From assembly GCA_964513665.1 (NCBI GenBank), contig CAZEOE010000001.1, positions 1 through 41,358 on the forward strand: a stretch of DNA of 41,358 nt, written 5' to 3'. The stretch is from Candidatus Woesearchaeota archaeon. Lineage in GTDB: Archaea > Nanobdellota > Nanobdellia > Pacearchaeales > GW2011-AR1. Of the stretch, positions 34,816-41,358 are shown piece by piece. Each line of letters starts with the position of its first letter. Positions within the stretch are counted from its first letter, which is position 1. The position numbers and the translations under genes were made by a program. The notes beneath the pieces were generated by a model. The model was not told the DNA's origin. It saw nothing but the letters and a program-made list of their open reading frames with translations, and ran no database searches.

Positions 34816-35664
34816 ATGAAAAAATTGAGGATAGGTTATATTTTCTGGGATAAGGCTTTGACAAAGGATGAGAAAGCTTTTCTGCGTGTCACAAAAAAAA
34901 GAGGTCATGAGTTAGTGATGTTTAATCTTTTAAACCCTATAGACGAGAAAAAATATCTTGACAAAATAAAAGAATGCGATATTTTTTTTAACAACAGCGC
35001 CGAAGATTTTGCTCTAGAGTTTGTAAAAACAATAGAGGGAATGGGTAAGAGAGTCATAGACTCTTCGAAGACGGCATATTACACGGAGGACAAATGGATG
35101 TTTTATTTAAAATGTAAGAAGAACAAAATACCCTCACCAGAAACTATACTTCTCTCAGAGGATAAAAAAGCCATAGAATCAGAACTTTTAACATTTAACA
35201 ACTGGCCTGTTATTCTAAAAAGAGTCTATGGGACAACTGGAAACTTCGTAGAGAAAGCAGACAACCTCAAAGATGCTCTAAAAATAATAGACAAATTTTG
35301 GAAAAAATCTTCAGAGAGATTTCCGATAATAGCGCAGGAATTTATCCATTCTCCAAGCTACAGGGTTACAGCCATTGGAAACAAAATTGTACAGACCGCC
35401 ATAAAAAACAGCTCAGGCTGGAAAGCGACAGGAGTATATGCAAAAAACATAGGCAGGTTTAAAATAGAAAAAAATCTGGAATCCATGGTATTAAAACTTC
35501 TAAAAGTTTCAGGGATAAGTGTTTGCGGGATAGATCTTCTGAAGAAAGGAGATAAATGGTTTGCTCTTGAGATAAACTCCCAACCTGCACTCGACTTCTT
35601 TGAAAATGAGAGGGAGAAACTAGTTGAAGAAATAGTAAAACTTCTGGAAAAGAAATCTACATGA
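34816..35664 (+). CDS. RimK-family ATP-grasp ligase
   Basis: WPVILKRVYGTTG, IAQEFI, and CGIDLL...ALEINSQPAL at the C-terminus. About 280 aa. Confidence 0.75.
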   Translation: MKKLRIGYIFWDKALTKDEKAFLRVTKKRGHELVMFNLLNPIDEKKYLDKIKECDIFFNNSAEDFALEFVKTIEGMGKRVIDSSKTAYYTEDKWMFYLKCKKNKIPSPETILLSEDKKAIESELLTFNNWPVILKRVYGTTGNFVEKADNLKDALKIIDKFWKKSSERFPIIAQEFIHSPSYRVTAIGNKIVQTAIKNSSGWKATGVYAKNIGRFKIEKNLESMVLKLLKVSGISVCGIDLLKKGDKWFALEINSQPALDFFENEREKLVEEIVKLLEKKST

Positions 35665-36430
35665 TTCTCTCAGGATCATAAATTCTATGCAACTTTTCTA
35701 TTCCCTCAAGGTTAATCTTCGCAGTTATTAATCCCTCTCTGTCTTCTATTTCTGAAAGTATTTTATGAGGTGCCGCGATAGAAGAATAAATAATCTGATC
35801 TTTATCATCTAGAACAGGGTTTATGAGTGCAACATAAAATAGATTTTCAAAAGCTCTAGTCATGATTAAAGACTTAAGCAGATTTTTTTCCCTTTCCCTG
35901 TATTTCTGTTTATATTCTTTAGCGCCATGAGCGTGCAATTCGTACTTCCATTGAGAAGGACAGAAAATTATCTGAGCACCCTGCGCCTTCATGTCTCTAA
36001 AAACTTCAGGAAATGCAAGGTCCCAGCATACAGCTATTCCTATTTTAGCAAAATCTGTCTTAAATATTCTGACATCTCTTCCAGCCTGCACATCCTCTCC
36101 CTCTCCATAAAGGTGCATTTTTTTATATGCTCCAAGGATCTTTCCAGACCTATTTATGAGCATAGCAGAATTATATTTTTTCTTATTTATTATTATAAGG
36201 TCGTTTATTATGCAATAAATCTGGTTTTGTGCACACTCATTTCTTATCTCTTTTATTAAATCATCATCAAAATCAAGTATCTCATCCTTGTGTATGCATG
36301 ATTCAGGAAAACAAACAATATCCGCCTTTCTCCTCTTAGCCATTCTAATATATTTTATTATCTTGTCAAGGTTGTGCCTATCTCTTTCAAAATACCTTAT
36401 CTGTGCCAATGCTATAGTAGGTTTTCTCAT
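35657..36430 (-). CDS. Carbon-nitrogen hydrolase (nitrilase superfamily amidase)
   Basis: Glu-Lys-Cys triad context: VCFPES, YKKMHLY, IGIAVCWDLAFPE. Confidence 0.8.
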   Translation of the reverse strand: MRKPTIALAQIRYFERDRHNLDKIIKYIRMAKRRKADIVCFPESCIHKDEILDFDDDLIKEIRNECAQNQIYCIINDLIIINKKKYNSAMLINRSGKILGAYKKMHLYGEGEDVQAGRDVRIFKTDFAKIGIAVCWDLAFPEVFRDMKAQGAQIIFCPSQWKYELHAHGAKEYKQKYREREKNLLKSLIMTRAFENLFYVALINPVLDDKDQIIYSSIAAPHKILSEIEDREGLITAKINLEGIEKLHRIYDPERIM

Positions 36431-36451
36431 ATATGTGATAAAAAGAATAAA

Positions 36452-36459
36452 TATTTAAA
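36452..36459. promoter_or_regulatory. Shared central TATA (tatttaaa) of a 50-bp divergent spacer
   Basis: 21 nt from the start at 36430 (minus) and 21 nt from the start at 36481 (plus). Confidence 0.55.
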
Positions 36460-36480
36460 CATGTGTAAAACAGAAAACAC

Positions 36481-37137
36481 ATGGATTTGACGTTTTTCAT
36501 AGATTTTATAATTCATTTTGATAAGTATTTAGGAGAAATAATAAATAATTTCGGCGGTTTTGCATATCTCTTTCTTTTTCTTATAGTGTTTCTTGAGACG
36601 GGTCTTGTATTTACACCATTTCTTCCAGGAGATTCACTCCTCTTCGTAGCGGGAGCCTTTGCGGCACAGGACGTTCTAAACATTCTATTGCTCTTTGTCC
36701 TCCTCTCAGCAGCAGCGGTTTTAGGAGATAGCGTAAATTATTGGGTAGGATTTAAATTAGGTGATAAAATTTCAAAAAGCAGATTCATAAAAAAAGAACA
36801 TCTCGATAGGACTCATGAATTTTATAGAAAACATGGGGGCAAGACAATAATCTTGGCAAGGTTTGTCCCAATCGTTAGGACATTCGCGCCTTTTGTCGCA
36901 GGAGTTGGAAAGATGAATTACAAAAAGTTCTTTGGTTTCAACTTTATAGGAGGAATAATATGGGTTGCGCTATTTCTCTTTGCAGGATTCTTTTTCGGAA
37001 ATATACCTTTTGTTGAAGAAAGATTGACTCTGTTTATTTTGATAATAATCTTCCTATCTTTTGTTCCTATAATAGTTGAATTTGTCAGACATAAAAGGAA
37101 AAGATATAAAAATAACTCTTCGATTAAGCAGATATGA
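36481..37137 (+). CDS. DedA-family membrane protein
   Basis: VFLETGLVFTPFLPGDSLLF and GKTIILARFVPIVRTFAPFVAG motifs. Confidence 0.85.
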   Translation: MDLTFFIDFIIHFDKYLGEIINNFGGFAYLFLFLIVFLETGLVFTPFLPGDSLLFVAGAFAAQDVLNILLLFVLLSAAAVLGDSVNYWVGFKLGDKISKSRFIKKEHLDRTHEFYRKHGGKTIILARFVPIVRTFAPFVAGVGKMNYKKFFGFNFIGGIIWVALFLFAGFFFGNIPFVEERLTLFILIIIFLSFVPIIVEFVRHKRKRYKNNSSIKQI

Positions 37138-37250
37138 AAAAGAGTTCAAAAGTTTTATTGACTTTAGTCATAATCATTATTTTATCGCTCACATTTTATT
37201 TTTTCTCGGAATGGATATCAAACGTCACAGGATTTGCAGTTAAAAGATAA
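37134..37250 (+). CDS. 38-aa membrane peptide apparently coupled to the DedA gene
   Basis: An ATGA start/stop overlap with the DedA gene. Sequence MKKSSKVLLTLVIIIILSLTFYFFSEWISNVTGFAVKR. Below the ORF-track cutoff. Confidence 0.4.
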   Translation: MKKSSKVLLTLVIIIILSLTFYFFSEWISNVTGFAVKR

Positions 37251-37251
37251 G

Positions 37252-37259
37252 TTTATAAA
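37252..37259 (+). promoter_or_regulatory. TATA box TTTATAAA for rpoN
   Basis: Ends 21 nt before the ATG at 37281. Confidence 0.55.
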
Positions 37260-37280
37260 CCATTTTTTTTATTCTCTATA

Positions 37281-37478
37281 ATGTTAATACCAGTCAGATG
37301 CATGGGGTGCGGAAAACCCATAGGCCATTTATGGGAGCAGTACAAAAAGAGAATAGATGCAGGCGAGGATGCCGGAAAAGTTCTTACAGAGCTTGGACTT
37401 GAGAGATATTGTTGCCGAGCAACTCTTCTTGGACATGCCGACATGCTTCCAGAAATAACAAAGTTCAAGAAAGCCTAG
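37281..37478 (+). CDS. rpoN: DNA-directed RNA polymerase subunit N (Rpo10)
   Basis: MLIPVRCMGCGKPIG...YCCR zinc-binding signature. 65 aa. Confidence 0.9.
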   Translation: MLIPVRCMGCGKPIGHLWEQYKKRIDAGEDAGKVLTELGLERYCCRATLLGHADMLPEITKFKKA

Positions 37479-37638
37479 TTAATATCATCTCATGACTATG
37501 ATTCTCAGAGATACTAACTCCTCAAATTTATAATAAATTCATAGAGTTTTATAACCCTAATCCATATAGCAGTTTTAAGCAGTTGTAAATATAAAGTCAT
37601 TTTCAAAACCTCTCATCCAAAGATAGTAAAATTATTTT

Positions 37639-38922
37639 TTAAGCCTTTGCCTTTATCTCTATGCAAACACCAGCAGCAACAGTGGCTCCTGCATCTCTTA
37701 TGGCAAACCTAGCCATATGAGGGTTACTTGCCTGTGTCTCTATAACAAGGTTTCCTATAGGCTTCAATCTGACCTTAGCAACCTCTCCATTCTTAAGGAA
37801 ATCAGGATTTGCAGTCTTTGTTCCATCAGGACTAGTTTTTTCTATCAATTCAATAAACTGGCATGGCACTTGAGCTGTGTGAACGTGAAATACTGGAGTA
37901 TATCCTTTAGCAATAACGGTTGGGTGAGAAATAACCGCAATCTGCGCAACGAACTCATCAACAACCTTAGGAGGATTATTTATATCGCATATTATGTCTC
38001 CTCTAGCTACGTCCTTCTTTCCAATTCCTCTAATATTAACTCCAACATTATCTCCAGGTTCAGCCATATCCAAAACCTCATGGTGCATTTCAATAGTCTT
38101 AACTTCTCCTTCAACACCTTTTCCTGTTCTTCCAGGCAAGATTATAATCTTCATTCCGGTCTTCATAACTCCAGTTTCAATCTTTCCAACAGGAACAGTT
38201 CCAATTCCCTTAATCTCATAAGCATCCTGTAATGGCATTCTCAAAGGTAAACTCGTAGGTTTTTCAGGCATCTTAAACAAATCCAATTGTTCAAGTAATG
38301 TAGGTCCTTTATACCAAGTCATCTTATCAGACTTCTTAGCCAAGTTTTCTCCCTTAAATCCAGATATAGGAATATAAGTCATCTCATCAATCTTGTAACC
38401 TGCTTGCTTCAAAACTACTTTAACGTCAGCAACAACCTTATCATACTCCTTCTGATCATAGTTAACTGTATCCATCTTATTTACAAGAACAGCAACTTCT
38501 CCGACACCCATTGTCTTCAAGAGCCAAACATGTTCCTTTGTCTGAGGCTGTACTCCAGCACCCTGTCCAGCAGCTACAACAAGGAAAGCGCAATCTGCCT
38601 GACTAGCACCAGTAATCATATTCTTGACAAAGTCTCTGTGTCCAGGAGCATCAATTATTGTAACCTCATATTTCTGAGTTATAAGCTTCTCATAAGAAAG
38701 ATCAATTGTAACTCCTCTTTCTCTCTCTTCCTTAAATCTGTCCATGTAATAAGCGAATTCAAATCCAACTTTTCCATGTTTCTGAGCCTCTTCCTTCAAC
38801 TTGTCTAGCTTCTGCTGACTCAAGTTACCTGCTTGAAACATCAAATGTCCAATTGTAGTACTCTTTCCATGGTCTACGTGACCAACGAAAGCAATGTTAA
38901 TTACTGGTTTTGTCTTTGCCAT
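37639..38922 (-). CDS. tuf: Translation elongation factor 1-alpha
   Basis: GHVDHGKST, DAPGHRDF and NKMD GTPase motifs. Archaeal/eukaryal-type sequence throughout. Confidence 0.95.
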   Translation of the reverse strand: MAKTKPVINIAFVGHVDHGKSTTIGHLMFQAGNLSQQKLDKLKEEAQKHGKVGFEFAYYMDRFKEERERGVTIDLSYEKLITQKYEVTIIDAPGHRDFVKNMITGASQADCAFLVVAAGQGAGVQPQTKEHVWLLKTMGVGEVAVLVNKMDTVNYDQKEYDKVVADVKVVLKQAGYKIDEMTYIPISGFKGENLAKKSDKMTWYKGPTLLEQLDLFKMPEKPTSLPLRMPLQDAYEIKGIGTVPVGKIETGVMKTGMKIIILPGRTGKGVEGEVKTIEMHHEVLDMAEPGDNVGVNIRGIGKKDVARGDIICDINNPPKVVDEFVAQIAVISHPTVIAKGYTPVFHVHTAQVPCQFIELIEKTSPDGTKTANPDFLKNGEVAKVRLKPIGNLVIETQASNPHMARFAIRDAGATVAAGVCIEIKAKA

Positions 38923-38949
38923 TTTAGTAATTGTGTTTATTTTGCGAGG

Positions 38950-38957
38950 TATTTAAA
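38950..38957 (-). promoter_or_regulatory. BRE/TATA (aaaagtttaaata on the minus strand) for tuf
   Basis: The minus-strand TATA tttaaata lies 27 nt upstream of the ATG. The same aaagtttaaata string precedes 31890..32405, and tgtttaaatatt precedes 38998..39486. Confidence 0.5.
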
Positions 38958-38997
38958 CTTTTCTATTTTCAGAAAGCCAGTTTTCACCGAGGTAAAA

Positions 38998-39486
38998 TTA
39001 GTTGTAGTTTTTCTCAGCAGGCTCATCTTTATATTTTGCAAACTCCTTCTTTTCCCGAGCAGGCTCATTTTTTATAATGTCCGCAAGCGTCAATCCAGAT
39101 CTATTTCCAAAAACTCTCTTAAGTTCAGGTTCTCTATATATAGGATCAATAATTATTTTGGAAAGCGAAGTGTGTGAGTTTCCATCCAGACCCAGATTGC
39201 TTATATTTAGTATTGATAAAAGATAATTTCTAGAAGATCCATCTTTCTCGCTATAATTTTCTCCAGCCAGATCTATTGACTTAGCTCTTGTTTGGGTGAT
39301 TGGCTCTCTAATAGAACTAGATACCTGCTTTGGAGGGACATAATCAGGAAGGTCTTCTTCTCTTACGAGTTCAGCAGGACCAAGTTTACTAGCTTGCCAT
39401 CGTTGAAACCAACTAGGATTAGGATTCCAAAACTCGTTCATCGTTAGCGGTCTTGAGGAAAAGTATCTCTTGATTCTTTCAAACAT
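38998..39486 (-). CDS. Hypothetical protein
   Basis: The ORF is open to a TTG at 39501, but the TATA (39509-39516) lies 22 nt from the ATG at 39486 (MFERIKRY...). I recognised no family. Confidence 0.55.
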   Translation of the reverse strand: MFERIKRYFSSRPLTMNEFWNPNPSWFQRWQASKLGPAELVREEDLPDYVPPKQVSSSIREPITQTRAKSIDLAGENYSEKDGSSRNYLLSILNISNLGLDGNSHTSLSKIIIDPIYREPELKRVFGNRSGLTLADIIKNEPAREKKEFAKYKDEPAEKNYN

Positions 39487-39703
39487 AGCCTTCCACGACA
39501 AAGTTTAATATTTAAACATTTCGATTGTCACCATTTATAAATAACATATTTTTTGTTTAACTTCTTCCGGTTATCCAACTTTTTATTCCTTCTAACTCTT
39601 CTTTCGAATCAAGATTTATAATTTAGTCACAAGGAAAATGAAGAATCAAATCTTAAATCTCTCCCAAGCAAAAGTTTAAAAGTGCTACCCTGCGTGAAAA
39701 TCT

Positions 39704-40303
39704 ATGACTAATAAGAAATTAATAAGGTATGCTATTGCATCACAAAGAATAAGAGAAGTGGCAAGAAATCAAGGTTGGGGCGCTGGCTCTCCAATGAGCT
39801 ACCAACTAGAGTTAGCCGATGATTATGAGCATTATGCATTAAGCAGGTCAGGTTTAAAGAATGGCGGATGGAGTGGATTAGCAACGGGTTGTTTAGCTTC
39901 AATGATTGGAGCGGTAGGTGGCGCAGTATTTGGGGCGATATTTATTGCTAACGGGGATGAAAATGGTTTAGTGGCAAAAACTCTTTATAAAATGGGTGCA
40001 GGAATAGGCGGTTTTGTTATTGGTGGTTTGTTGGCAGGGAGCGCATCATTTGCCAGATTATATATTGATGAAAAAACAATACATAACATTGTAAATGAAA
40101 GAGAGAAAAGAAGAAAAGAAAGAGGGTATGATAGTGTAACTGAATCACAAACAAAAAGAGCCTATGGAGGGTTAATTGCCAGCGAATCTGATAGATTTGA
40201 CGTAATGACTGAAAATAGATTTCCCAAACTCTCTGCAAATCAATTAAAAGATATGTCAGAAGAAATACTTGATGGGATAAGGGAGAAACCAAAAAATGAA
40301 TAG
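39704..40303 (+). CDS. Glycine-zipper two-TM membrane protein
   Basis: GxxxG-rich helices (GLATGCLASMIGAVGGAVFGAIF and GAGIGGFVIGGLLAGS) are followed by a charged tail. It overlaps the PHP gene by 8 nt. Confidence 0.6.
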   Translation: MTNKKLIRYAIASQRIREVARNQGWGAGSPMSYQLELADDYEHYALSRSGLKNGGWSGLATGCLASMIGAVGGAVFGAIFIANGDENGLVAKTLYKMGAGIGGFVIGGLLAGSASFARLYIDEKTIHNIVNEREKRRKERGYDSVTESQTKRAYGGLIASESDRFDVMTENRFPKLSANQLKDMSEEILDGIREKPKNE

Positions 40304-41123
40304 GGTCAGAGCAGATTTTCACAATCATCTTAGAATGAGTAGCAGATTTGCACGAGGAGACTTCAACAGAGCCATAAATACTGCTTCGAGGAAATTAGGG
40401 CATGGAGCAGTCTTAGGTGTTGTTAATTTTTCTGATTGGAGATATGAACACCTAATAGATTTAGGAGGGTATGAAAGACAAAATCTTGGTGACAATAGAA
40501 ATGGAGTTTATGTTCCTGAAAAAGATGTTTATGTAGTAAAAGGACAAGAAGTTCCGACAAAAGAAGGGCATTTGCTTGTTTTTGGAACAGGAGCTAGATA
40601 TCATTTAAAAGAAGGCAGAAGTTTTGAAGAAACAATTAAAGAAGCAAGAGACCAAGATGGAATAATTGTCGTAGATCATCCATTTCATATTCACGGTCTG
40701 GGAAGTTATTTAGAACAAAATCCAAGACTTCTTGAGCAAGTAGATGCTGTTGAAATTCATAATGGAGAAGCTTCTTTCGGACTTCCATTTGGACCTATTC
40801 CTTTAGGCGCAAACAAGAAAGCTCAAGACTTTTATGCAAGAATTGAATCAGATTTTCCAAATTTAGGAGCCATCGCATCTTCCGATGGACATTCAATGTA
40901 TGAAATAGGTTCAAGCTGGACGGAAATTCAAAGACCTCAATTCAATGGATTTGTAAATTCTCTAAGAGAGTCCATAATCAAAACTAATCTCTCTACTCCA
41001 ACAAGAATGAATAACTCAATAATCGGAGCAATCGATCATATCCTAGATTTAGCCTTAATTACTCAAGTCGGCTTTAGAGTCGGTCTGAGAGATTTTTATC
41101 GCGGAACTGACAGACCGGAATAA
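40296..41123 (+). CDS. PHP-domain metal-dependent phosphoesterase
   Basis: N-terminal ADFHNH, then VVDHPFH, EIHNG and SSDGHS metal-ligand motifs typical of the PHP fold. Confidence 0.7.
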   Translation: MNRVRADFHNHLRMSSRFARGDFNRAINTASRKLGHGAVLGVVNFSDWRYEHLIDLGGYERQNLGDNRNGVYVPEKDVYVVKGQEVPTKEGHLLVFGTGARYHLKEGRSFEETIKEARDQDGIIVVDHPFHIHGLGSYLEQNPRLLEQVDAVEIHNGEASFGLPFGPIPLGANKKAQDFYARIESDFPNLGAIASSDGHSMYEIGSSWTEIQRPQFNGFVNSLRESIIKTNLSTPTRMNNSIIGAIDHILDLALITQVGFRVGLRDFYRGTDRPE

Positions 41124-41141
41124 TTTTCTCAAAAAACAATA

Positions 41142-41161
41142 AAAATAGCCTCGCCAGGATT
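41142..41161. repeat. Direct repeat copy 1: duplicated tRNA-Gln 3' end
   Basis: aaaatagcctcgccaggatt is identical to 41231-41250. 16 nt match the tRNA-Gln acceptor/T-arm 3' strand. Confidence 0.8.
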
Positions 41162-41230
41162 ACCTGAGCGAATACCTCGCGAAGGTTGCCACGGACATCT
41201 TATGTCTGTGAGCACTTCGAATCTTGGAAT

Positions 41231-41250
41231 AAAATAGCCTCGCCAGGATT
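41231..41250. repeat. Direct repeat copy 2, overlapping the 3' end of tRNA-Gln
   Basis: Perfect 20-bp match to 41142-41161, separated by 69 bp. Confidence 0.8.
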
Positions 41251-41308
41251 CGAACCTGGGTCCCGGGAGCCAGAGTCCCGAATTCTAGACCGACTAAACT
41301 ACGAGGCT
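41235..41308 (-). tRNA. tRNA-Gln (anticodon CTG)
   Basis: Hand-folded on the minus strand: AGCCTCG/CGAGGCT acceptor, D-loop AGTCGGTCTA, anticodon stem CGGGA/TCCCG with loop CTCTGGC, T-arm CCAGG-TTCGAAT-CCTGG, discriminator A. 74 nt. Confidence 0.85.
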
Positions 41309-41330
41309 ATGTATTTTTTCATCTTACATA

Positions 41331-41339
41331 TATTTTAAA
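41331..41339 (-). promoter_or_regulatory. TATA box for tRNA-Gln
   Basis: Minus-strand tttaaaata ends 22 nt upstream of the tRNA 5' end. Confidence 0.5.
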
Positions 41340-41358
41340 TGTTTCTCACCCTCTCTCG

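Noticed and set aside
37479-37638. Possible sRNA between the convergent rpoN and tuf genes (ATGACTATGATTCTCAGAG looks box-like)
   Set aside because: The box matches are degenerate (5 of 7), there is no paired C/D arrangement, and no promoter-like octamer lies at the right distance.
37717-38808. Long antisense ORFs inside tuf (171, 134 and 75 aa), and similar ones inside ileS, valS, serS, minD and tfe
   Set aside because: They lie opposite strongly supported conserved genes, have low-complexity Ser/Leu/Ile/Asn-rich translations typical of AT-rich antisense frames, and have no promoters.
41162-41230. Second tRNA, tRNA half or intron between the two copies of the tRNA-Gln 3' end
   Set aside because: The would-be T-arm has a 4-nt loop (TCAGG-taat-CCTGG), there is no 5' acceptor complement, and there is no anticodon arm. 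It is not foldable as a tRNA or a Nanoarchaeum-style split half.
1-41358. Checked the whole window for CRISPR arrays, IS elements or transposases, integrases, reverse transcriptase/DGR components, inteins and rRNA genes
   Set aside because: No regularly spaced direct repeats were seen. No ORF has DDE, tyrosine or serine recombinase motifs or YxDD. The synthetases are short rather than intein-expanded. No rRNA-like GC-rich blocks are present.

Overview
This is a visibly AT-rich archaeal chromosomal fragment with a DPANN-like, reduced gene set. The archaeal assignment rests on EF-1alpha, RNA polymerase subunit N (Rpo10), TFE-alpha, NAC, Sec61-beta and archaeal-type tRNA-Gln and tRNA-Trp. Housekeeping content includes four aminoacyl-tRNA synthetases (SerRS, IleRS, ValRS and a short bacterial-type AlaRS), ScpB, MinD, endonuclease III, a Trbp111-like tRNA-binding protein, and rhomboid, SpoIIM and DedA membrane proteins.

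Between these lie accessory or poorly characterised modules:
- a nuclease with four tandem homing-endonuclease-type repeats whose stop codon lies inside tRNA-Trp;
- an enlarged HTH/PIN toxin-antitoxin-like pair;
- a class II Fic gene with a perfect palindrome around its TATA box;
- two secreted orphan proteins;
- a cluster with a C39-like peptidase, a 2-TM VKOR-like protein, an internally duplicated HExxH protein, a RimK-like ATP-grasp ligase and a nitrilase-family hydrolase;
- a glycine-zipper membrane protein plus PHP phosphoesterase pair next to tRNA-Gln, where a 20-bp copy of the tRNA 3' end is duplicated.

A very regular promoter layout is visible. A TTTATAAA-like box ends 20-22 nt before the start codon at more than 20 genes, which implies leaderless mRNAs. 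Four divergent gene pairs share one central TATA in exactly 50-bp spacers. I used this rule to refine several starts and to find small genes missing from the ORF track (Sec61-beta, a 53-aa TTG-initiated membrane peptide, a 38-aa peptide). Two genes look frameshifted (pepF and an orphan at 28471).

I found no CRISPR array, reverse transcriptase, integrase, transposase or rRNA. All functional calls come from motif recognition by eye, with no database search.
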